DNA from: Lachnospiraceae bacterium
Lineage (GTDB): Bacteria > Bacillota > Clostridia > Lachnospirales > Lachnospiraceae
Direction of reading: 5' to 3'
Length of the DNA: 50,603 nt
Assembly: GCA_045642625.1 (NCBI GenBank)
Contig: JAZUJC010000215.1
Span: forward strand, 1-50,603
This document shows, in pieces, positions 1 to 8,382 of this stretch. Position numbers and translations under genes: made by a program. Numbering within the stretch: position 1 is the stretch's first letter; each line of letters starts with the position of its first letter. The notes beneath the pieces are model-generated. The model ran no database searches. It was not told where the DNA came from and saw only the letters and a program-made list of their open reading frames with translations.

Positions 1-45
1 ACTTATAGGAACATAAAATCTATCTATAAAAAGGAGAGAATTGTT

Positions 46-504
46 ATGAAAAAGTTTCTTAAGAACAGAAAGTTATTTGCTTTCTTGATGGCACTTATTG
101 TTAGTGTCGCAACATTTGCAACCCCTCTTCAGGCTGCGCATGCTGCAGATCCTACGTCAACACCTGCTAGTTCTTCTACTAGCAAAGATGTTGTTAATGG
201 TGCATTTGACAATGGAGGAACTCTGTTTCAGAGTACCGAGGGTGTAGTTAAGAAGGCTGGTGGTTCATTAAAGAGTCTTATTACTACTATCGCCATTATT
301 GTGTTGGTTATTTCTGTTATTTTTGTTGGTATGCAGTTTACTTCCAAGAATTCTGCCAAGAGACAGGAGGCTAAAGCAAACCTTGGTGCAATCGTAGTTG
401 GTGCGGTTTTGATTTTTGCGGCAGTAGCAGTTATTTCTTTGTCGGGTACAATTGCAGACTCACTTTCAACTTCCGTGGAGGAAGGTATTAATAAAAATCC
501 ATAA
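46..504 (+). CDS. VirB2/TrbC-like conjugative pilin precursor (major candidate)
   Basis: AGGAG RBS; signal peptide (AAHA|AD); two hydrophobic helices flanking a basic loop (SKNSAKRQEAK); first gene of a VirB4-containing operon. Confidence 0.65.
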   Translation: MKKFLKNRKLFAFLMALIVSVATFATPLQAAHAADPTSTPASSSTSKDVVNGAFDNGGTLFQSTEGVVKKAGGSLKSLITTIAIIVLVISVIFVGMQFTSKNSAKRQEAKANLGAIVVGAVLIFAAVAVISLSGTIADSLSTSVEEGINKNP

Positions 505-530
505 CTATGGAATGTGTTTAAATCTAAATT

Positions 531-567
531 ACTTCTACCTGTTCTTTCAAGAGGATAGGTAGAAGTG
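531..567 (+). terminator. Stem-loop after first pilin gene (partial terminator or mRNA stabiliser)
   Basis: ACTTCTACCT...AGGTAGAAGT stem followed by GCTTTTTGTTTTT. Confidence 0.7.
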
Positions 568-647
568 CTTTTTGTTTTTAATTAAGAAACGGAATTGTTT
601 CGTTCATTAGTTAAAAGTAAAAAGACAAAAGAAAGAGAGGTAAAGTT

Positions 648-962
648 ATGAGTCCGGAAGAGATGGGTAGCACATTAAATACTTTTATGAATGGCTCGCA
701 CGCCAATGATCCATTGAAGAATGTAACAAATACTGTGGTTGATGGTGGAAGTTCTTTGGTACACTTAATGACTACTGTGGGTTGCATTGTTGTTACTATT
801 GCTTTAATTATTGCTGGTTTAAAAATAGCGTCCATGAATAAGAATACACGAGAAGAAGGTAAACAAAAGCTTCTTGCGGTTATTGTGGGTGCGATTGTTT
901 TGTTTAGTCTTTCATCCGTTTTATTGCTTGTAAAGGGTATTGCAAACGGATTTATGAAATAA
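648..962 (+). CDS. VirB2/TrbC-like pilin paralog
   Basis: Same TM-loop(NKNTREEGK)-TM layout as 46..504; shares the IVVGA/VIVGA motif. Confidence 0.6.
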   Translation: MSPEEMGSTLNTFMNGSHANDPLKNVTNTVVDGGSSLVHLMTTVGCIVVTIALIIAGLKIASMNKNTREEGKQKLLAVIVGAIVLFSLSSVLLLVKGIANGFMK

Positions 963-975
963 GGAGGAAAATTTT

Positions 976-1284
976 ATGAATGAGCCTAGTGCAAATCCTT
1001 GGGATTATCTTGGAAATATGAAGAATGTTAGCAGGGCATCCCTTGCTAATGAGGCTGATATTGCCAATACGTTTATTGCCAGTGGTTATCGTCTTTTACA
1101 GTGGATAGGTATATTCGGCTGTATTGTAACAATGATTATTGCCATTATTAAATTTACATCATCAAGTGCAAATGTAAGGGCGGAAGCGAAAAGTTTATTT
1201 TCAAAAAAGATCGTACTTGCGTTTTTTATTTTTACTGCTGCCTACTGTTTTGGATATATATGGGGCTTGTTTAACAACTTGTAA
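976..1284 (+). CDS. VirB2/TrbC-like pilin paralog
   Basis: AGGAGG RBS; TM-SSANVRAEAK-TM layout similar to the two upstream genes. Confidence 0.55.
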   Translation: MNEPSANPWDYLGNMKNVSRASLANEADIANTFIASGYRLLQWIGIFGCIVTMIIAIIKFTSSSANVRAEAKSLFSKKIVLAFFIFTAAYCFGYIWGLFNNL

Positions 1285-1301
1285 AAAGGGAGGTAGTATA
1301 A

Positions 1302-1655
1302 ATGTCTTTAAATACATTGTCTCATTCAACAATGGAAGAGATCAGGGAAGATGAAGAAAAGTGGCTTAAATTTTTCACTAAGCGTTCTCTTATAGCATGT
1401 GTTGTTGGTGCCATACCCGGATATCTGATTTTCAGTATCGTGGGTTCCTTTGCTCCTATGTGGGTAGGCGGAATTATATGGGCTATCATTGAAATAGGAA
1501 TGTTTGCTTTAACAACGCTGAGATTGAGCGTTGAAGATAACCGCAATACTGGTGGTGGTCAGTTTGTGTATATGGTGTTTCTGAGAAAGGTTTTTCATAG
1601 GTTTAACAGGGAAGTTTATGTAAAGATGAATAGAGACGAGGAGGACGAGGAGTAA
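1302..1655 (+). CDS. PrgI/VirB3-like small membrane protein
   Basis: E-x-KW-LKFFTKR followed by two TMs and a C-terminal VYVK; position between pilins and virB4. Confidence 0.65.
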   Translation: MSLNTLSHSTMEEIREDEEKWLKFFTKRSLIACVVGAIPGYLIFSIVGSFAPMWVGGIIWAIIEIGMFALTTLRLSVEDNRNTGGGQFVYMVFLRKVFHRFNREVYVKMNRDEEDEE

Positions 1656-2753
1656 ATGCTTAATATTGATTCGATAGTATCAATTCTTCAGGTGGTGCTT
1701 ATTGCTCTTGTAGTTTTTGCGGGAGTGTTTTTCTATTATGTAAAGTTTTTAAGACCAAAGGGCAAAAGCGCTGTTGACAGTAATGATGTAAAAATGTTTT
1801 CGGGCAAGGTATTTCCCATTGAGGAATACATTCCTGTTGAAAAAATAAAAGACGGAATAATCAAGCTTGATGGTGAGGACAGATATATTGCTTCAATCAA
1901 CTGTAAGGGTTTTGATTTCTTCACATCAAGTGAGGAGGAAATTTACAATACACAGAGGGCTTATCTTGGATTCATTAATACAATTCAGAGCCCCATAACA
2001 ATGCGTATTGACTCTACTGCCGTTGATCTTTCAGCTCAGATAAACAATTTCAAAAAAATCAAGCAGCAGAGACTTGAGGAACGTGACTTAAAGTGTTCAC
2101 AGTTCATTGAGTACCGTAATGCGTACAACGAATCTGTTGATGAGGGTGAAAGAAGAAGATATGAAGAAGTTCTGTATTCTTTGCAGCGTCAGATAGAGGT
2201 TTGTACCAAGAAGGTAGCTCATCTTGATTCCTTGATAAATTATGAAATCAAGTTGTCCGGTAGAAATGCCAATCCGTTACAGGAAGAGCGTTATATCATC
2301 GACTGGGAATTTAATCCCCAGGAATTTCCTGAGAATATAACTGATGCAGAAATATATGATAAGGCTAAAAAGACACTTGAAAACAGGCTTGCACAGATGC
2401 GTCATGCTTTGTCTGCTGCCAACGTAAAATGCCACAGAGATGATGATAAGGACCTCTTTGCATTATCATACAGGCATTTCCATCCGTTTGGTGGAGACCT
2501 TTACAAGAACTTTGAGGGTGCTAACTCTGAAAAGCGTATTGTTAGTGGTTTGCGTGATTACGAGACGGCCATGAAGAAGTATCAGAAGATAATTGAGGAA
2601 AAGGAATGGGCTGAGCTTGTAAAGCGAATGGAAAATGAGAAACAGGAAGAAGTTGTTGTTACCGATTATGATGAAGATGATGATGAGGCAAACTTGGGCT
2701 CTGGAAGAACAATTGATGCTGAATATGATACAGAAGGGATGGTGAGCTTGTAA
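1656..2753 (+). CDS. T4SS accessory protein (N-terminal TM, coiled coil), VirB4-associated
   Basis: N-terminal TM; IKDGIIKL..RYIASI..GFDFFTSSEEE motif reminiscent of genes preceding Gram-positive virB4; stop overlaps virB4 start (TAATG). Confidence 0.55.
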   Translation: MLNIDSIVSILQVVLIALVVFAGVFFYYVKFLRPKGKSAVDSNDVKMFSGKVFPIEEYIPVEKIKDGIIKLDGEDRYIASINCKGFDFFTSSEEEIYNTQRAYLGFINTIQSPITMRIDSTAVDLSAQINNFKKIKQQRLEERDLKCSQFIEYRNAYNESVDEGERRRYEEVLYSLQRQIEVCTKKVAHLDSLINYEIKLSGRNANPLQEERYIIDWEFNPQEFPENITDAEIYDKAKKTLENRLAQMRHALSAANVKCHRDDDKDLFALSYRHFHPFGGDLYKNFEGANSEKRIVSGLRDYETAMKKYQKIIEEKEWAELVKRMENEKQEEVVVTDYDEDDDEANLGSGRTIDAEYDTEGMVSL

Positions 2754-4900
2754 TGGGTTTGTTTGGTAATAAAGTAAAAAAGGAAGATGAAATAACGCTT
2801 AGTGCGGGTGGAAATGCCAAAATCAAGAAAACTAGACTTGATGCAGAGAGTATTAAGAAAAGGCTTGCTCCTGATGTGATAAATACTAATTCAATGGATC
2901 ATTTCTTTATATGCGATATGGGTGTGAATGTATACGCAAGGTCATTTTATATTGAAAGACTTCCTCTTAATGTTATTTTCGCCACAACCTTTGCGCCTTT
3001 GTTTAATACAAAGAAGGTTGTCAGCTCAGTTTTTATCCGCCCAATGAGTTCATCAGAATCTCAGCGTCTTATGCAAAATAAAATGCGTTCAGACGAGACT
3101 GCATTGTACGAGGCTGAGAAAACAGGTGTTTCGTATACAATTCGTGACCTTGAGAACAAGGTTGCTGAAAATAATGAAAATGCGGTTAAGCTTTCATCCG
3201 GAAAGACTAAGTGGTATGATGTCGGATTTTTATTCACGCTGACAAGAGAATCGCTTGAATTGCTTGATTTTGCTTCTGCCGAGTTTGTGTCTCAGGCAAA
3301 GGAAGTTGGAATTGAGCTTGCGTCATGTTATGGAATGCAGGCAGAGGCCTATCTTTCAAGTGGTCCTTATAATAAGGTATATAACGGAAAGATGGGTATG
3401 TTTAAGTCAAGCCCTGTTAAGTGCCATGTACTTGATGCTGAAGCTGTTCTTACCATATTTAATCACACAAACTCATTCTTCTCACATCCCGATGGTATTC
3501 CCATTGGTAGAAACATGGGTACTGGCGAGTCTGTTCTTTGGACTCCCTATGCGCAGAGCCATAATGGATATTCTTGTGTATTCGTAGGCAAAACCGGTAC
3601 TGGTAAATCAGCGTCTATTAAGATGTTTGCAGGAAGACTTTCTCACTTTGATTATCGTTTTGCTTGTATTGATACGGAGAAGTCCGGCGGACGAGGCGAG
3701 TATTCAACATTGTGCGAGGAGATGGGTGGCGTTAACTTCCAGCTTAAATCAAATTCGTACAACAGACTTAATATCTTTGAGATTGATGAACAGCTCGAAT
3801 ATGATGCAAGACTTGGACGAGAATTCCGTACATTAAAGATTGCGGACAAGTGCGTTGTTGTTCGTGACATTATTCTTTCTGCCATTATAGGTAACAAGCT
3901 TCAGCCTGATTATGTATTACAGACAGCAATGGAATCTATTCTTAACAGATGTATCGTTGAGCTTTATGCTGCACACGGAATCTTCGATGGTGAACCTGAA
4001 TCATTATATGAAGAGAGCAGTGAGGATATTAAGCTTGGCTCCGGTAGAAGAAAGAAGTCTCTTCCTGTTATGAGTGAGGCATTTCTTTGGGTTTTGCGAG
4101 AACAGACAGTCAATACCATTGACGAACACGTAGTTGCCTACCAGATGCTTATTGATACCCTTGCCGACCTTGTGGATGATCTCTACTATGATGTAGATAC
4201 TTTTGAGATGCTTTCAGTAGAGGAATACAATATGCGTCAGCTTACGGGCAGACGTATCCGTAATATCCGTGGTACCAAAGGTTACTTTGATGGACAGTCT
4301 TCAATGACTGTAGACAGAAGCACTCCCTTTATAAATGTAGATATTTCCGACTTGCCCGATTCAGATAAAATTTTAGGGCAACAGGTAGCTATGAACTACC
4401 TTATGGAGACCTTTATTAAGAAGAATTCAGAAAATGTAAAGAACTCACAGAAGATTTGTCTTATTGTCGATGAGGCGCACAGACTGTTCCCTAACCTCTT
4501 GACACGAAAGTTTATTGCCGACCAGGTAAGAACAGCTCGTAAAAATAATGCGTCTATCTGGATTTGCACTCAGAATCACAAGGACTTTGCAAAGTATGAG
4601 GAAACAGAAACAATGCTTAAGAATGTGGCATCTGTATTTATGTTAAAGCAGGATGCTTCGGATGCGGAATATCTCCGTCAGAATACTATCCTTACTCCGT
4701 CTGCTGTATCCCGTGTGCTTACGCTGGGCGGTGATCCTAACGATTTGGAGGACAAGTCACACAAAGGTGAAATCTGTCTTATTGATACTGATAAGGTTGT
4801 ATTTGTTAAGGTTGACTACCTTCAGGAATCAGAGTTTATGTTTGTTGAGACGGATGTTCAGAAAAAACAGAAGTATATGGAAGAGCATGGAATGGCTTAG
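2753..4900 (+). CDS. virB4: VirB4-like conjugative T4SS ATPase
   Basis: Walker A GKTGTGKS, Walker B LIVDEAH, TARKNN..WICTQ motif; 715 aa. Confidence 0.9.
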   Translation: MGLFGNKVKKEDEITLSAGGNAKIKKTRLDAESIKKRLAPDVINTNSMDHFFICDMGVNVYARSFYIERLPLNVIFATTFAPLFNTKKVVSSVFIRPMSSSESQRLMQNKMRSDETALYEAEKTGVSYTIRDLENKVAENNENAVKLSSGKTKWYDVGFLFTLTRESLELLDFASAEFVSQAKEVGIELASCYGMQAEAYLSSGPYNKVYNGKMGMFKSSPVKCHVLDAEAVLTIFNHTNSFFSHPDGIPIGRNMGTGESVLWTPYAQSHNGYSCVFVGKTGTGKSASIKMFAGRLSHFDYRFACIDTEKSGGRGEYSTLCEEMGGVNFQLKSNSYNRLNIFEIDEQLEYDARLGREFRTLKIADKCVVVRDIILSAIIGNKLQPDYVLQTAMESILNRCIVELYAAHGIFDGEPESLYEESSEDIKLGSGRRKKSLPVMSEAFLWVLREQTVNTIDEHVVAYQMLIDTLADLVDDLYYDVDTFEMLSVEEYNMRQLTGRRIRNIRGTKGYFDGQSSMTVDRSTPFINVDISDLPDSDKILGQQVAMNYLMETFIKKNSENVKNSQKICLIVDEAHRLFPNLLTRKFIADQVRTARKNNASIWICTQNHKDFAKYEETETMLKNVASVFMLKQDASDAEYLRQNTILTPSAVSRVLTLGGDPNDLEDKSHKGEICLIDTDKVVFVKVDYLQESEFMFVETDVQKKQKYMEEHGMA

Positions 4901-4917
4901 AGGGAGGATTTGTCCTT

Positions 4918-7900
4918 ATGATAAGAAAAAGAATAACGGCAGCAGTACTCCTTGTTGTTATGTTGCTTTTTATGTTGCCTGGAAATGAAGCTCATGCCGA
5001 GGGTGGTTTGTTTGGTCAGTCTTGGTTTCAGGAACCGGAAGATCTGTATTTTAAAGAGAAAGGACTTAACGACATTAATGGTAATTACGTGACGAATGTG
5101 AGAGGTGACCTTGACAAATGCGAACCTTATATGAGTGGTTGGGAAAAGGAGTATGCATTTGAAAGATTTATGAGCCTTGCTCATTTTGGTGCGGAACTGA
5201 GGTACCAAGGCACTTCGACGCCGGGGTTGATGCCTGAAAGTCACTGGAGAGGTATAGGTACCATTTCAATATCGGCGCTTGTTGACAGTAACTCGAAGTC
5301 GCTTGATTGGTCTATTTGGGATGAAATGATTGACGCCCGACGTGTTGATGATGAGATAATTAATTATGGCGATATTCTTCCGTATTTTTCGTCTTTCTAT
5401 GAGCTTTATTGTGCTGCTTACCAGTTAAAAAAACGTGTTGATGCGTATAATAATGCTAACGCATCAAATAAAATGATTAGGTTTAAGGAATTACAGATTT
5501 TTTGTAATCAGATTTGCGATAGATACAAAAAATATCCTGGTTATATTCAGACTCATGCAGCCAGTGCTATGAATATATTGAGTACTGAAGCTGCGCAGAA
5601 TGAGATAAAGCGTGTTATTGAAGGTATAGAGAGTGCTAATGCTAATGGCGGTAAATTTGAGGATGTGTATGGAAATAATATTGTTGAAGACGGAGTAACT
5701 AAAATAGATTCCCTGAGACATTTTTATTTCCATATGCGAGAGTACTTTTATTTTGGAAAACCTGATGAAAGAAGAGAGTTAACATCAACAGGTTATAAAA
5801 CCTATACAACGTATGTAAATACTGCAGGACTGAACATAGGTGAAGAAACTCTTGCGTGGATTGAGTCTGCAACTGAAATGGCTGAGTACATTGAGGAAGT
5901 TAATGAAAAGGTTACTGAAATCTACAGACTTAATGCGGGCATTATTGAGAATATTCAGCTTGAAAGTGAGCTTGGGCTTGTGGAAGAGTACCTGTCCGAA
6001 ATGCTTATTGGAGTAGGTGAAAGTTTCTCTTCTCTTTTGGCGACCAATCAGTTGGTTTTGGAACACATTATCTACGGAAGAGTTAAGTCGAATGCCCATC
6101 CAAGCGGAAGTAATGTAAATAACTTTTCTTTTGAGCTTGCTCCCGGCAACGTTTATGGCGTGACGGGTGCGATGATGTATTCAATTCTGAGGGGGGCCCT
6201 TTTTCTTGGCATTCTGCTGTTCTTTATGTATTACCTTGCTAAAGACGCCATGCAGACCAGTGTTAAGGCGAGAAGTAAGTTAAAGGAAAATATCGGTTAT
6301 ATACTTCTTGTTGTTGCCCTTATGTTTGCTATGCCTAATTTGATAGATTTATTGCTTAAAATCAGAGACGTGGTGTTGCAAACCATAGGTAACTCGTTAG
6401 CTGATGGTGGTGCGGCAGATATAAATGGAATGGAAAAGCAGTTTAAAATGCTTGCGACAAATACTAAAAGAGTGGCTGATGCATTGCAGTACTTCGGTGT
6501 TGTTTTCCTTTCGCTGTATTTAGGTTTTATTTATATAGGGATGGCTTGTGCATTTACTATTCTGTTTGCGGGATTCCCTATATTCTTGATGGTTTCAATA
6601 AAGGACCATAAGGTGCTTAATGAGTGGTTTAACAATATTTTAGGAATAGTTGTTACACCTATTATTGATGCGATTTTATTCCTTATACCCGCGATTGCTG
6701 CGTCAGTTGGTGGTGCATCAATGCCGAACTTTGTAAAACTGGTTTTATGTATGTCGATTATTCCGGCACGTTCAAGTATAAAGCGTATTTTAGGTTTTTC
6801 ATCGTCTATGGGTGCGGAATTACTTGGCCTTGGTGCGATGATGGCAGCAGGGCGTGCGGTTGGAAATGTCGCAAGGACAGTTAGGAATACAACTGGCAGA
6901 GTTGTTGAAGGTGTCAAGGGAACTGTTGATGATGTCAGAAATTCTCGTATGAATAGGGAACTTGATGATTTAGGTATAGGAGCTGGTGATTCGTCTGGAA
7001 ATGCAGGTGAATCATTAACAAGAGCGCAAAATACATTTTCTCCTGATGCGGCAGATTCTAATTCACCGCTTAATGGAACTTTGTCGAGCATGGAGAGACA
7101 GGTTGGTTCGGCTGGTGGTGGCGGTAGTCATGGATTTGGTATGTCTGGATTTAGCGCTGGAAATGCCGATCCTGCTGTTGCTCGGGTGTTAAGTAAAAAT
7201 GCGAAGGTTGGCAATTTTGAAAATATTGCAGGTCTTGATCCAGCTACCAAAGCTAAAATGTATCGAAATCGTGCATATCAAAGAGGTGCAAAGACTATCC
7301 TTGGTGCTATAGGTGGTGTCGGTGGTGGTCTTGCCGGTGGTGCTATTGGAATGGGCGCAACTACATTTATGGGACCTGCGGCTATGGCAATGGGCGCTTC
7401 GTCTGGAATGGCACTTGGAAGTGAAGTTGGTTCGGCTGGTGGTGCGGCTCTGTCTGTACCTGTTGGTGCTATGGCTCGTGGAACAACAACTATGGCGAAG
7501 GGAGCTGCGTCAGCTATTAAAAACAAAATTAATTCATCGAGAATGTCGTATGACGGCATTAAAAATTTAAAGAATCAGCTGGGAAAAGATGATATGTCTG
7601 TTGATGATTTCATTTCTTCGGAAATGAGTTCTAATGATGAACCCGTAACCATAAGCAATATGTTTGGAAGTGGTCTTTCAAGAGAACAGATGCTTGATTT
7701 TGCATCAATGAGTGAGGAAGATGCTCAATCATCCGGCTACTTAGATTTCATTGATTCTCAGTTTAATAGTGTTACCAACGAGGAACAGGCATTTGATGTT
7801 ATGAGGGAAGTCGGACTTTTTGCAGGCTCACTTCAGCACAACAATCCTAATGTTGGTTATGAAACGGGCTATTTGCCTGTGGATTCTAAGTCTGCGATAG

Positions 7901-8268
7901 TAAATCGAATTCAGCAGAATGTTGAAAAACTTGGAGCTAAATATGATGGCGTGGGTTATGCATTAAATAGTATTGCTTATGTGGACTCAAAAGGAAAGGG
8001 ACATCTTGGCAAAGAGGGATATTATGGTGTTGGTTTTGATGAATACAGAAATCGTAAGCCTGTTACATTAGGCACACCTACTTCAAAGCCTCAAGTTGGT
8101 GGCAGTGGTTTTGATCCGACGGCAAAAGATAAATTTGTCCTTGCTGCACAAAATTGGCGCCAAAAGCATCCTGAAGCCAATTATGATGATTATATGAAGA
8201 AATTTGGTGCTTATCTGAGTAGTGATGAACAAAGAAATGCCGTTATGAACATTTTTGGCATTGCCTAA
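4918..8268 (+). CDS. Extended VirB6-like polytopic membrane protein
   Basis: Signal peptide, ~350-aa soluble domain, central multi-TM core, Gly/Ala-rich glycine-zipper tail; directly after virB4. Confidence 0.6.
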   Translation: MIRKRITAAVLLVVMLLFMLPGNEAHAEGGLFGQSWFQEPEDLYFKEKGLNDINGNYVTNVRGDLDKCEPYMSGWEKEYAFERFMSLAHFGAELRYQGTSTPGLMPESHWRGIGTISISALVDSNSKSLDWSIWDEMIDARRVDDEIINYGDILPYFSSFYELYCAAYQLKKRVDAYNNANASNKMIRFKELQIFCNQICDRYKKYPGYIQTHAASAMNILSTEAAQNEIKRVIEGIESANANGGKFEDVYGNNIVEDGVTKIDSLRHFYFHMREYFYFGKPDERRELTSTGYKTYTTYVNTAGLNIGEETLAWIESATEMAEYIEEVNEKVTEIYRLNAGIIENIQLESELGLVEEYLSEMLIGVGESFSSLLATNQLVLEHIIYGRVKSNAHPSGSNVNNFSFELAPGNVYGVTGAMMYSILRGALFLGILLFFMYYLAKDAMQTSVKARSKLKENIGYILLVVALMFAMPNLIDLLLKIRDVVLQTIGNSLADGGAADINGMEKQFKMLATNTKRVADALQYFGVVFLSLYLGFIYIGMACAFTILFAGFPIFLMVSIKDHKVLNEWFNNILGIVVTPIIDAILFLIPAIAASVGGASMPNFVKLVLCMSIIPARSSIKRILGFSSSMGAELLGLGAMMAAGRAVGNVARTVRNTTGRVVEGVKGTVDDVRNSRMNRELDDLGIGAGDSSGNAGESLTRAQNTFSPDAADSNSPLNGTLSSMERQVGSAGGGGSHGFGMSGFSAGNADPAVARVLSKNAKVGNFENIAGLDPATKAKMYRNRAYQRGAKTILGAIGGVGGGLAGGAIGMGATTFMGPAAMAMGASSGMALGSEVGSAGGAALSVPVGAMARGTTTMAKGAASAIKNKINSSRMSYDGIKNLKNQLGKDDMSVDDFISSEMSSNDEPVTISNMFGSGLSREQMLDFASMSEEDAQSSGYLDFIDSQFNSVTNEEQAFDVMREVGLFAGSLQHNNPNVGYETGYLPVDSKSAIVNRIQQNVEKLGAKYDGVGYALNSIAYVDSKGKGHLGKEGYYGVGFDEYRNRKPVTLGTPTSKPQVGGSGFDPTAKDKFVLAAQNWRQKHPEANYDDYMKKFGAYLSSDEQRNAVMNIFGIA

Positions 8269-8330
8269 TCATCTGTTTTTTTAAGATTTTTATTTATTTT
8301 TACTATTTTTTATGTGTTTTGAAAAAAATG

Positions 8331-8367
8331 GTGCAACTTTTCCCTATACTACTTATAGAGGATAAAA
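8331..8367 (+). promoter_or_regulatory. Conserved promoter-like motif, copy upstream of Tad operon
   Basis: GTGCAACTTTTCCCTATACTACTTATAGAGGATAAAA is 36/37 identical to 47737-47773; both lie at operon starts. Confidence 0.75.
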
Positions 8368-8382
8368 CATGGAGGTGATTTT

